From assembly GCF_006345805.1 (NCBI RefSeq), contig NC_042998.1:146320001-146384000 (forward strand): DNA of 64,000 bases, in the 5' to 3' direction. The notes beneath the pieces were generated by a model. The model saw only the letters and a list, made by a program, of their open reading frames with translations. It made no database searches and was not told the origin of the DNA. Source of the DNA: Octopus sinensis (lineage: Eukaryota). Positions 1 to 12,202 of the stretch are shown here, in pieces; positions within the stretch are counted from its first letter, which is position 1; each line of letters begins with the position of its first letter. The position numbers and the translations under genes are program-made.

Positions 1-159
1 TTTGTCTGAGTTTCTTACTCCTCACACGCGCCACCACATGACAACCTGTTCAGCAAAAGTGACCAACAAAACAAATATCAGATAAAAAAAAAAAAGAAAA
101 AAAACTAGTGGAGACTGAAACCCTTGAAGAAGTAAAAAGATATATAATATATATTAATC

Positions 160-899
160 AAAGGCGGCGAGCCAGGCAAAATGCTTTGCGTTATTTCGTC
201 CGTCGCTGCGTTATGAGTTCAAATTCCGCCGAGGTTGACTTTGCCTTTCATCCTTTCGGGGTCATTAAATTAAATACCAGTTACGCACTGGGGTCGATGT
301 AATCGACTTAATCCGTTTGTCTGTCCTTGTTTGTCCTCTCTGTGTTTAGCCCCCTGTGAGTAGTAAAGAAATAGGTATTTCGTCTGCCGCTATGTTCTGA
401 GTTCAAATTCCGCCGAGGTCGACTTTGCCTTTCATCCTTTCGGGGTCGATTAAATAAGTACAAGTTACGCACAGCGGTCGATATGATCGACTTAATCCGT
501 TTGTCTGTCCTTGTTTGTCCTCTCTGTGTTTAGCCCCTTGTGGGTAGTAAAGAAATAGGTATTTCTTCCGGCTCTATATTCCGCCGAGGTCGACTTTGCC
601 TTTCATTCTTTCGGGGTCGATTAAATAAGTACCAGTTAACACTGGGGTCGATGTAATCGAATTAATCCGTTTGTCTGTCCTTGTTTGTCGTCTCTGTGTT
701 TAGCCCCTTGTGGGTAGTAAAGAAATAGAAATAGGTATTTCGTCTGTCTTTATGTTCTGAGTTCAAATTCCACCGAGATCGACTTTGCCTTTCATCCTTT
801 TGGGGGTCGAATTAAGTACCAGTTGCGTACTGGAGTCGAGCTAATCGACTGGCTCCCTCCACCCAAATTTTGGGTCTTGTGTCTTGAGTAGAAAAGAAT
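160..899 (+). mobile_element. tRNA-type SINE (family A), one head plus four head-to-tail body units
   Basis: Head AAGGCGGCGAGC at ~160; body units start at ~191, 375, 559 and 735 (period 176-184 bp) with core GAGGTCGACTTTGCCTTTCATCCTTTCGGGGTCGATAAA, resembling a Meta/MESC-type SINE central domain (from memory, unverified). Confidence 0.85.
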
Positions 900-959
900 A
901 TATATTAATTACTGAGCACACTCCTTTAATGTTTAAATACCGAATAAATATATCCTATA

Positions 960-1560
960 AATATGTTCACTTTGGCGTATTTAGAGGCCAAAGCACGTGC
1001 AAAATACAGGCGCGCGCACATACACACTCACAGACAGACAGTCACACACACCCACACACATACACACACGCACATACACACACACACAGTGCAACAGAAA
1101 TACACATTTTCTTTGTGTCCCCTCTCTCACTTTTTTTCAGACTCAATCCTTGTCACGCGAACATATACAAAACACACATTCACAGATGATAGACGCACAC
1201 ATACGCACACACACACACATACACTCGTATACACACACATACACACACACATGTACACAAAACGCAAACGGGGGCGAATCACACTAACACACACACATAC
1301 ACACATTTAGAAAATAGAATTACATTAACATACACATACACACATCCATACACTCGGAAGCAGACGACAGAAATAGCTCTTCTCACTCACTTATACTCTC
1401 TCTCTCTCTTTCTCTCTCTCACACACACACTCTCTCTTTCATAGACACGCAAGCACAAAAACAGACATACACACATACATATTTATTAGCAGACACAAAA
1501 TATACTCACACAAGATATTTGCACACAACACGCACATACTTAAGAATCAAGAATCACACT
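960..1560. repeat. (CA)n/(CT)n low-complexity tract
   Basis: Direct reading; explains the HT/TH-rich ORFs. Confidence 0.9.
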
Positions 1561-1929
1561 ACTAGCACACTTACAGAAGGACACTCGTCGACATAAATAT
1601 TTAATTAGAAGTGCTAAAATATAGAACTGTAACTCTCTTCACGCCTCCATCCTGTTGCTACACCGCCTCATCGGAAAAATTCGTTAATCATCGTCAGACT
1701 ATGAGAAAAATCAGATATATTTAGGGGAAATATCAACAGGTATGACGTCAATATACGGGAAAGAGGTGCGGGTGTGTGTGTGTGTGTGTGTGTGTATCTG
1801 TATGTATGTACGTAAGGGATTTAAATTGATTCAATGAAATGGAAAAGTACCCTTTAATCCATTTCTGAAAGCACGTTGGATGTGATCGTGTGTATGTATG
1901 TGTGTGTAAGCTTGCATACACACACGTAC

Positions 1930-2060
1930 ACGGTACTGGGTTCAGTTCAACTGCGTGGCACTTTGGGCAAGTGTCTTCTCCTATAGCCTCCTATAGCCTC
2001 GGGCTGACCAAATTCTTGTGAGTGGATTTATTAGACGGAAAGTGAAAGAAGCCTGTTGTA
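1930..2060 (+). mobile_element. CORE-SINE (family B), 5' half
   Basis: GGTTCAGT B-box-like segment and CTTTGGGCAAGTGTCTTCT CORE motif, ending in (TA)n. Confidence 0.7.
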
Positions 2061-2065
2061 TATAT

Positions 2066-2199
<134 letters not shown>

Positions 2200-2799
2200 T
2201 TCTTGGAAATGGATGCTATTCGTTCAATCATATAATAATATAAATAATATATATATATATAATATATATATATGCATATATACATATAGGTACATACTTA
2301 TATATGTATATACATATGCATATATGGGTACAGGAGGTCATAAAATATAAACAACATGAAATACATGGAATACGAATTTTTTTGCGAACAACGAGAGAAA
2401 CAAATGGAAAACAAGATAAGTGACGTAAAGAACGACCCTTCATCAGTTGTCGGCTGTTTACTCCACATTTCGAGCAATTATGACAAGATGTGTCTTCGAG
2501 AAGGCAGTTGATCCCGCAAAGCAAAATAAAATTTGGGATTTGCGGAGAGTCAAAGGTGGTAACAAAAACAGGACAATGAAAACAAACAGTAAGGGCTAAG
2601 CATTAAGCAAAATGGATTAAGCGTTAAGCAAAATAAACACGTGCTTAGGGCATCAAGGGAATGAAGGGGCACCCCAGAAATGGTAAATGGGTTACAGCAC
2701 AAAAGAAATCACTTTAAACTTGCTAAAATATTCGGGATGCCTTTATCTCTGCTAATTATAGATGCAGATGTTGTTACCTAAGATTAATATATATATATA

Positions 2800-3960
2800 T
2801 TACAGAAAAGAGGAATTTCGATTATCCCCACGTGGTGAGTCATAATGTATATAAGAAATTAAAAAAGGAAAATACGCACACTTTACACAGTTTTAATATA
2901 ATTTTTAATATATCGACCGGTTTCGCTATTGCTATTCATGATATTATGTTTTACTTATTTGAACATGTACTTTCTTAAGAAGAAATTTTGTCCATGTTGC
3001 ATGTGATGATATTTACGAGTGAATGACTTCACAAGTAGAAAATAAGGGGAGGTAATTGGTTATCGTTATTATTGTTATTGTTGTGGGCAAGGGAGGTAAG
3101 GGGAGGGGAATATATATGTACAGACAAAAAAAGGTTTCGAAAAACTTGTTTAGTGAGGGGATTTATGTATAGTGATGTAATCGTGAATTGAAATATGTAA
3201 AAAGATAAAAGTTGGTTATGTGTGCATATTAAGACGTGTTCTGTATTTTTCAATGAAAAAAGTTTATTTAAACGTTCTTGTGGAGAGATTGTGTCTTTGC
3301 ACTGGTAGAAGGGGAAGACTGTGAAATTTGGTTTGATGTTATCTGCACATCTTCCTATATGTTCACTGAGAGGAATTTGCTTGTATTGCGGGAAACGCAT
3401 TTGCTCTTTATGTAGAGTGGTTCCCTTTATCAAAGTCATACTCGTCTGTCCAATATAGTTGTGTCCGCAACCTGAGCAGTTTATTACATAAACTAGTTTT
3501 AATTGTGAACCTCTGTCCTTGTTTGAAAAGGAAATCCGAGCCTTCAAGTAGATTGGGGCAGGTTCCACAGTTTTGGCGTCCACATTTTTCAACCGTTCGT
3601 TTCGTGGTTGTTTTGTAAAACTTCGCATTTGTTAGTAGTCTCTTTAGCGATTTGTCTTGCTTTTTGCATTTGATGAGTTTGTGTGTTTTCAGGATGTCAT
3701 TCGTTTTTGGATCTCTAGTTAGTAAAGGCAGATTTTGCACAATTGTGTTGAATGCCTCACTATTTCTGGGGTTGTGTGTTGATATAAATAGTAATGTTTT
3801 GAGATGAGGTGTGGTGTTATGTTTTGTTGTTCTTAGTGCTTTAGTGTTTTCATGTCTAATTGTTTGGCACGTTTAATTCCCTCGTCGATAAGTGAGGTGG
3901 ATATTGTCTATGTTAGCCAAGATCCGGCAGGATGTGCTAATGGAGGTGATAGGTAGGATT
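2800..3960 (-). mobile_element. Penelope-like element 3' fragment (RT C-terminus, Cys linker, GIY-YIG endonuclease), frameshifted
   Basis: Translations CGRQNCGTC (Neptune-like Cys linker) and VYVINCSGCGHNYIGQT...HKEQ...LSEH (GIY-YIG); flanked by (TA)n. Confidence 0.9.
2910..2944 (-). ncRNA. Minimal type I hammerhead ribozyme motif with A3-U8 core
   Basis: ATATC-ATGAATA-GC AATA GC-GAA-ACCGGT-C-GATAT: 5-bp stem I, G10.1-C11.1, palindromic stem III, GUC site; just 3' of the GIY-YIG ORF. Confidence 0.6.
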
Positions 3961-3992
3961 ATATTTATCCCCTCAATATATGTATGTATATA

Positions 3993-4062
<70 letters not shown>

Positions 4063-4689
4063 TATATAATATATATATACACATATATATATTATAATAT
4101 TACGGTATTGACCAGACTATCGGACGTTGTTACATATCGCTGGTTACAATGCATTTGGCATTGATTTAGCTTTCGAATAATGTCACCTGCTGGCTAGGCG
4201 AGCTGGCTAACCTTCCTCCTAATGAGAAAGTTAGTCAGTCGTAGGTTTATCCATTTACAGCTGGTGAGTAAACTGGAGCAAGTTGAAATGAAGTGTTTTG
4301 CGCAAGCACACAACAAGCAACCGGTTTGAGAATCAAAGCCTCAATCTCACGAACATGAGTGCAATACCCCTAACTACTAGGCCACGCGCCTTTACACCCC
4401 CCCCCCCCACATTCTGCTTTTTTATCGTAAACGAATGAAAAGGTTTTCAGTACATGTTTATTTTTGGGACTCAGTTGATGATTCGTTCCGTTACTACTCC
4501 GAGTTTCATATACATCTAATTGTACTCGTACACTCGTTCAGGCAATATTTGGTGAATGAAGCGGTGTATTGGCAGAATACATCGCCAAACTATTCTCTTT
4601 GGTCAAGAGAGGCAAGGTGGTAGAATACGTAGCATTTCAGAGACATGGTTGTTACTAGCTAGACTATTGTGGTATTTAGAGAAATATCA

Positions 4690-5110
4690 CTCAGTTCAGT
4701 CTTGCAGCCGTCACGAGGCACGGGAGCATGAAGTTTTCCAAGAGAAATTGTCTCCTGTGATGACAAGTAGATATTTCTGTCTCTGATTAAGTGCTACAGC
4801 AGGTTGTTAAAATATTTGAAATTTTTCAAAGCCCACAGTTTCGGGCTCTATCACATTACAGAGTAGCATTTCCATGCTACTGGGTTCTATCCGGTTCACA
4901 AACCCAGAATTTCCAAGAAAATTGAGACAAGGCTTAGAACCTGAAAGTCTTCGTGGCAAGTCTCGTTATAATACTTTCATTACCTTCGAAAAGTGTTATA
5001 GATAATTTGAATATCACTGTTTTGGAGGGGCAAGATCCTCTAAGCGAGCAAGTTAAACTTTCGTAGTTACAGTCTGTAATGTTAGGATGGGGCTTATCTA
5101 GGTGCGTTTT
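4690..5110 (-). mobile_element. Second, highly decayed Penelope-like GIY-YIG C-terminal fragment
   Basis: TDCNYESLTCSLRGSCPSKTVIFK resembles the CNC-x4-CPLxGxC...VIY motif; a downstream LNQRQ...TCHHRRQFLL resembles the LNKRSE...CRH..KF terminus. Confidence 0.5.
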
Positions 5111-5159
5111 CATTTGTGGTATGTAATCTGAGAAGTTGCGTGGGACCGAATCAAACCTA

Positions 5160-5729
5160 GAAAATCAAAACTATCGACAAGTGATATAAACACCGTCCTG
5201 AGGTTGTAGCTGGGACTTTCCAGTACATACAGACAGAACCACCAAATTTAATAAACCAAACATTGCTGTGAAAGACGAAAATGAACGAATTCTATTTATT
5301 CATCGGCATGAGTATTCCTCGTCATCATAATATCTCAGCAAAAGAATTTGAGAAGCTCATAAAGTATAAAGATTTGCTCATTGAAATCGAAAATATGTGG
5401 TATTTCAAGGCGGTTGCAATACCAGTGATTGTAGGGGAACTTGGACTGACCAAAAAAGGAACTGAATTTTTTTTTATAATGATCCCTGGCTTGCCATCCT
5501 TACAAGAAGTGCGAAAGATAGTTTTAGCTGGTTCGTCATACATACTGAGAACGTTGTTGCTGTGAGGACGATTACCAGTCATGTAATTTTTTTTCTTTCA
5601 CATTACCTTATTTGATTTTGTAAATGAACAATCTGATGTGTTTATTTTAATGGCCTATTCAGTGAGTTTCTTTACCCAAGGTGCCGGGAAAATACTCAGC
5701 AAGAAATGGAAACAAAATTAAAAGAACAT

Positions 5730-5730
<1 letters not shown>
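5160..5730 (+). mobile_element. 3' fragment of an R4/Dong-type LINE (restriction-like endonuclease domain)
   Basis: WDFPVHTDR...KPNIAVKD then SIP.HHNISAKEFEKLIKYKDLLIEIENMW...IPVIVGELG...ILRTLL, typical of the RLE domain; 3' UTR runs into (TAG)n. Confidence 0.8.
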
Positions 5731-5790
<60 letters not shown>

Positions 5791-5860
5791 CAGCAGCAGT
5801 AGTAGCGGCAATAGCATTAGTAGTAGTAGTAGCAGTAGTAGTAGTAGTAGTAGTAGTAGT
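5731..5860. repeat. (TAG)n/(CAG)n microsatellite
   Basis: Direct reading. Confidence 0.95.
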
Positions 5861-6254
5861 ATGTAAGTGTGTGTGCATATATAAAAATGGCACTCCGTCG
5901 TTTACGACGTCGAGGATTCCAGTTGTATGTATGTGCGTATATACACACATATACATATGCATATAGGAATGCATGTATATATACGTGTATGTACGTATGT
6001 ATGTATGTGTACATGTGTGTTCTTAAATGACGTTCGAAATTTCTTGTAAATAAATGTTTCTTATTTCTTTAATTAAATATTCTCCGGAGTCAACCTAACC
6101 GTTTTCCAATAATATCTGTGGACTTAGAATCACTATTAAAGTCTTTTTCCGCGCTAGGCAACTTTCCGGCTATCAATCCTCCCCAGTTTTATTTAAAAAA
6201 AGATTTTTTAAAGTATGAAAATGGAATAAATTCAATGAAATAACTTGACCACGA

Positions 6255-6416
6255 GGTGCAGGCATGGCTGTGTTGGTAAGAAGCTCGCTTTGCAACCATG
6301 TCAGTTCGAGTTCTGTTCCACTGTGTGACACTTTCGGCACGAGCCTTTTACTATAAGCTCCGGCCAACCGATGCATTATGAGTGAATTTGGTAGATGGAA
6401 GCTATGTAGAAGCCCG

Positions 6417-6449
<33 letters not shown>

Positions 6450-6680
6450 GTGTGTGTGTGTGTGTGTGTTTAGGTTTGTGTTTGAATCCACACTCTTCAT
6501 AACCGGTATTACTTTGTTTACGTCCACGAAAGATAGTGTTTCGGAAAAATGGACCGATAGAATAAGTATCCGACCTTGAAAAGTTAATACTATGTTTGAT
6601 CTGTTCTACTTTAAAAATCCTTCAAGACAGTGCTCCAGCATGGCAGCAATACAATGACTGCAACAAGTAAAACAAAAGAT
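6255..6680 (+). mobile_element. CORE-SINE family B, diverged full copy
   Basis: Head GGCATGGCTGTGTTGGTAAG, internal (GT)n, tail ATGACTGCAACAAGTAAAA. Confidence 0.75.
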
Positions 6681-7097
6681 AAAGAGAAGAATCAAATGTA
6701 TGTCGCAAACATTAGGTCTTCTGACTACCAATCCTCTCCAGTTTTATAAGACAGGTATGAAGATGGAAATAAATTATATGAACCAACTTGACCAAGAATC
6801 GAAAGTATGGCGCAAGAATTGGTTCGGCTAGAATTGATTACTTCTTTCCAGTGTGCACACCTTTCGCTGTCGTCATTAAGAATTATTATCTCACTCTTTA
6901 TTGTAACATCATGATGGGGTTAAAATGTCAATGTCCTTTATTCAGATTACAATCCATCACGAGGTACCTTTTGACACGCAACACACACACACACACACAC
7001 ACGCACACACGCACGCACGCACGCACGCAAGCACGCACTCCTACACTACAATCATTTGTGTGCACACACATACAAATACACGCGCACGCATATGTAC

Positions 7098-7165
<68 letters not shown>

Positions 7166-7313
7166 CGGAGTAAACACATAAATGTGAAACAAGGTGGAAA
7201 AAAGAGTACTCAAATACCAGTGGTAGAGTAATATGCTTTATTTAAAGCAGCAGAAAATTCAACAAAACCTGAGTTTCCCGTTGCCGTTCATCGGACAGCT
7301 TTTCTAGCAAAAA

Positions 7314-7351
7314 CTGTCCGATGAACGGCAACGGGAAACTCAGAGTAACAG
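7314..7351 (+). ncRNA. Minimal hammerhead motif, CCGAUGA core (copy 1)
   Basis: CTGT-CCGATGA-A CG GCAA CG G-GAA-ACTC A GAGT-A-ACAG; GUA site. Confidence 0.6.
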
Positions 7352-7408
7352 GTTTTGTTGAATTTTCTGCTGCTTTAAATAAAGCATATTACTCTACCAC
7401 TAGAAAAA

Positions 7409-7446
7409 CTGTCCGATGAACGGCAACGGGAAACTCAGAGTAACAG
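7409..7446 (+). ncRNA. Minimal hammerhead motif, CCGAUGA core (copy 2)
   Basis: Identical to 7314-7351, 95 bp downstream. Confidence 0.6.
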
Positions 7447-7483
7447 GTTTTGTTGATTTTCTGCTGCTTTAAATAAAGTATAT

Positions 7484-7536
<53 letters not shown>

Positions 7537-7825
7537 GCGCAGACATACATGATCACACAGATACAGTCACAAATACATATGCTAATAAACTAAACATATA
7601 TACGCACAAACTCATATACACATGCACATGAATACTCATGTATTATTAAAATGTGTGTGTGTGTATGCATATATGTACACACACACATATATATATATGT
7701 ATATGTATTAAAGAAAGCAAAAAATAAAACAAAAATGATAGTGTTCAGTTGTTGGTTCAGTATGCTGGCCACAGGAATTTCTGTCCAGAGAAGTTGTACA
7801 TCACCTCCCTCTTTCTCTCACATAC

Positions 7826-7863
<38 letters not shown>

Positions 7864-9141
7864 ATTACTCCCATTGCCACTATCAACACTACTACTTTTA
7901 TTAAAGCATCAACACTCCCTAAATTTCTTTGTCCCTCTTTCTTTCCTTCACTTTTCTTTCTTTCTCTCTCTCTCTCTCTCTCTCCCCTCTCTCTGTCTTC
8001 ACCACCACCCTCACGGTCTCTATACCTACCTACTATTACTCTCATCCCAGCACGAGGAAGTGTCATTGAATAGTGAGAGAGAGGGTCAAAGTGTGACACA
8101 CTGACACACAGAAATTATTTTTCGCATTTATTATATCATATTACATTATATATATATATATATATATATATATTTAGAGAGAGGGAGAGAGAGAGAGAGA
8201 GAGAGAGAAAGAGCAAGAAAGAGAGAGTGTGTGTGGGAGAGAGAAAGGCAGAGAGAAATAGGGAGGGAGAGAGAGAGTGTTAATTACTTTCTGCCACGAT
8301 TTCTCTTTTTAAATTCAAATTGTGTGATAGAAGATAAGCTAACAGTGACAGTCCGAGTTCGTGACCCCAATTCGTTAGACGATTAAAGCTACAAGATTGC
8401 AGTGTTGACGTCATTAAAACCCTTATTGAGTTAACGAATAGCTTATACGTCACATTATCCAATTTCACTTTTCTTACAAAACCTTTTCCCTCCATATAGA
8501 CTAAAGGCTTAGATAGTGAAGAAAGTGAAGCTGTTTTAATAAAGCTGAACATTCACGTTCAAGTGAGAATAAATATTACCTCTTGGTATTAATGCTGCCT
8601 CTGTCGCTTATATATTTTTTAATAAGTTAACTGGCTAATTGCCTGTTCTTTCACTGTTAATCTATATATCGCTGACGGGGAGATGAATTGCTACTACTTC
8701 TAGCAGTCGAGAGTCCATCATTGACAACACCAAACAAGGTCGAAATCACGTGACCTTGTGATCTCAACGCTGGAGGCGGCAGGAATTTTCTCCCCGCTAT
8801 CGATATAAACAAGAATGCATTTTGCACCAAAAAGCCAATATGAAAGTGTTTCTCATGATAACTACCGCAGTATATTTTCTAATAGAACATCCACATTTAA
8901 GTGGAGAAAAAGCTGTTATACTTCTTGTCGAATTCTACTCCATATTGGTTGAGTTGGCGTATGAAATTAACTGGGGTGTAAAAATGCTTCCGAACTCCTT
9001 ATTTTTAAAGTACTTTGAGATAGATCAAATTTGGTGGTTGCTTTGTTGTTGCTATTGTTATTGCTGTTGTTGTTGTTGTTGCTGTGTTGTTATTGCTATT
9101 GTTGTTATGGTTGTTGTTGTTGTTATTATGACTATTGCTTT

Positions 9142-9172
<31 letters not shown>

Positions 9173-10290
9173 CCTCTCTCTCCATACATATATAATAATT
9201 ATTTGCAGCTCCCAAAAAATCGAGATATCTTAATAATAGAGACACCATGGTATGCATTCTACACTATTTGTGTAAAAAATCCGAAATGTTACATTTTATT
9301 TTTATTTTAATTCACCTGAAGGAAACAGAGGGCGCCGCCTGTCAGCTGAAGAGAAGTCTTTTAGCTCCACCTCTGGGTTTCACATTCAAGAATAATACTT
9401 TGGTTGATTTAGATTCAGACGAACATTACTATCTAATTATTCGGTAATGTTAAATATCGTGTTGATACATCCATCCTACAAACTATTAAATTCTTACCGA
9501 ACCCCGGTTTAATTAGAATATCAAAGGAAAACAGAAGTTCGTCACTTGAATACCCTTAAAGTAACCATTCCCTTTGGAAAGCATTAAAATGACCCAGACC
9601 CTTGTACAGAATCTGCTGAGAGAAACTAGAAAAGAAAGTAAGCCAGAGAAATTTATATATTTTATGGAATGGTAAGGATTGGTAACTGTAAATAAATAAA
9701 AATATAAATATAAAAAGAAAAAAATTAGCAACAGAAATGAAGATTATATAAGCTTCCCCCCATTGCACTGCTTTAATGTCACGAGCAACCATCAACTTAA
9801 TTCATTTGACATTACTCTCTGCAACCACCCACTTGCGTTTTAAAAGATTGGTGCAAATAATGCGTACATACATATATTTATATGTGTGAGTGTGTGTGAG
9901 AGTGTGTGTATGAGTGTGTATGTGAGAGAGAGAGAGAGAAGAGAGAGAGAAAGAGAGCGAGAAACAGAAAGTTTGTGTATGTGTGTGTGTGTGTGTATGA
10001 AAAAGGGCAAATTCTAGGAAAGCAGCAAACCCAGTTGCTATCCTTCTATCTCGAGTTAGACAAACTCGGTACAGAACTACTCGGCCCTGTCTTTACGGAG
10101 CTATTATTTAACTCCTCCCTAGCCCTGCACATGACTTCAAAAGCTTTAAAATATCCATCACCTCTGTGGTAAAAAAAAAACCCCGTTTTTAGTGGTACGT
10201 CTCAACAAAGTGTCTCAACAACTATCGACTCATTGCTCTTGTAGCCATCTTGGTGAAATAGTTTTTGTTTTTCTGTTGTAGGATCTCGAG

Positions 10291-10606
10291 CAGTGGTTCT
10301 CAATTGGGGTCCATATGACCCCTAGGAGAGCCACATAAAATTTTTTGCGGGGGCTATGCAAGAAAAATAGTAAATTGGGAACCCACAGAAGTATATTAAG
10401 GGTTCATGAAAAATTTTTTGCAAGAAACAGCAAGATTCCTATCTTTGACGTTTTGGATAGTTCAACCTACACAAGTTCATGTGTGAGAAGCAAAATAGGA
10501 ATTTTGAAAGAAATATCTATAAAACTAGTTTTTAAACATCGAATGGCTATGGGCGTCCACCACAGTAACATAAGGTCCATGGGTAAAAACCGGTCGAGTA
10601 CCACTG
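10291..10606. mobile_element. hAT (Charlie-like) MITE
   Basis: TIRs CAGTGGTTCTCAA / CGAGTACCACTG; 8-bp TSD ATCTCGAG (10283-10290) vs ATCTAGAG (10607-10614), matching the NTCTAGAN target preference. Confidence 0.85.
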
Positions 10607-10979
10607 ATCTAGAGGAAGAGGCAGTGCCCATGTACTGCTCAAGCTCTTCTAGATAGTTGGTATTAATGACTATGAGAAGTATTACTTAACTTAGATACAG
10701 ATGAGGATTATTTATAGGAAGAATATCCAACTGTAATATATTTGCCTCAATAGATTTTCTGTGACCCATACAAGCTTTGGAAAGTAGACGTTAAAACGAT
10801 GATTTATATAACAAACTGTGTATCATACATTAAATATCATATTTAATGTATATACATCGTTGGAGGGCATAATGCTTTAGTTTTTATCAGAGAGAAAATC
10901 TCTTCATAAAAATGTGTTAAAAGCACAAAATATATCGGAATGGGGCGAACTCCAACCCAGCAAGTGACTCATGAGACTG

Positions 10980-11016
10980 TCAAACCCGTTTCGGTCATCT
11001 TGGCCCTTGTCAATGA
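10980..11016 (-). ncRNA. Minimal type I hammerhead motif with U3-A8 core
   Basis: TCA-TTGACAA-GGGC CAAGAT GACC-GAA-AC GG GT-T-TGA; one mismatch in stem II; GUU site. Confidence 0.55.
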
Positions 11017-11312
11017 TGTGTACTTGGTAGTCACATGCTTAAACGAAATGTGTCTCCTCTGAAATAAGATGAACAGTCAGTAAGACATTCATTGATATTG
11101 CGGAGAGCTTGCATGGCTGAATAAAGTTCGATGTACGTAATTCAAGCAGCATTAAATTAAAGTCTCTATTTTTGTATCATACTGAATGTATAGAAATGAT
11201 GCTGCTATTTTTGGCACAGAATTCATACCTTTCAACGGTGTATATGCACACCACAACATAACATTCACCAATGTATATACATTCGGAAACTACAGCATCA
11301 TGTCTTTCAACG

Positions 11313-11372
<60 letters not shown>

Positions 11373-11394
11373 TTAGTATGGTATTCAGATATTT

Positions 11395-11815
11395 TGTCTT
11401 TTACATGGCCACTGTCTCAATCATTGGACAATGGTCATGCTGGGGTACTACCTTGAAGGGCTTAGTCGAACAAAGATCCCAGTACTTATTTTTAAAGCTT
11501 GGTACCTATTCAATCGGTTCTCTTTGGACAAACTACTTAGTTATGGGGATGTAAACAAACCTACACCGGTTGTGACATGGTGGTTGTGGGACAAATACAG
11601 ATACAAAAACATGTACATACGCACATATACAAAAACACACGACGTCTTCCACATAGTTTCCTTCTACCAAATTCACTCACAAGGCATTAGTCGGTCCCGG
11701 GCTATGGTAGAAGACACCTGCCTAAAGTGCTGCTCAGTGTTACTGAACCCGAAGCCACGTGCTTGCGGTTGCAAATCGATCTTTTTAGCCACACAGTCAT
11801 GCCTGCACCTACTGT
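11395..11815 (-). mobile_element. CORE-SINE family B
   Basis: Reverse complement of the family B head, CORE segment and tail. Confidence 0.75.
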
Positions 11816-12092
11816 GGGATCTAGTTTTTTTTTTCATTCACAAAATATTCATTTTTTTAAAAGAAGTAAAAAATCTGAATATCAGCTATAATAATCTATA
11901 CTTCGTCTCATTGCTTTGAAGGTGTGATATTGTGGAGAAAAAAAAAATTGGAGAAAAAGGCTACCGAGGTTTAAAAATCGAAAAAAACTGGGTATTTTAG
12001 CCAATAGCGAGACAGAAGTTTTCTGCGTTTAGCGGAACGGTGTCAACTTTAAGGTTGTGCCCTGTGAAATTTATAGTTTAGCGTCTGACCTG

Positions 12093-12202
12093 TTCATTGT
12101 AGGTTTCTAAATAAACAGAAATACCTAATTTCATTGTAGGTTTCTAAATAAACAGAGAAACCTAATTTCATTGTGGATTCTAAATAAACAGAAATACCTA
12201 AT
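12093..12202. repeat. 37-bp minisatellite x3
   Basis: TTCATTGTAGGTTTCTAAATAAACAGAAATACCTAAT three times. Confidence 0.9.

Larger units (their letters stand above)
7161..7478. mobile_element. Penelope-type terminal repeat cluster: one inverted and two tandem copies of a hammerhead-bearing ~95-bp unit
   Basis: Unit at 7309-7401 and 7400-7478 (+), inverted copy 7219-7307 lacking 7 nt; bounded by (TA)n on both sides. Confidence 0.75.

Noticed and set aside
160-899. CRISPR-like regular repeat array
   Set aside because: Units are ~180-bp SINE bodies without unique spacers; eukaryotic context and no cas genes
2290-2590. Possible hammerhead in the repeat family at 2290-2590, 22470-22750 and 32485-32650 (minus strand GAAA..GTA..CTGATGA)
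   Set aside because: Stems I and II cannot be closed convincingly in any topology; at most a decayed motif
9320-9340. CTCF-like motifs (ACAGAGGGCGCC here; CATCTAGTGGCG at ~27379)
   Set aside because: Partial matches expected by chance; not testable from sequence alone
10050-10164. Minus-strand exon GDGYFKAFEVMCRAREELNNSS after a poly-T acceptor
   Set aside because: Two frames are equally plausible, with no recognisable homology or linked exon
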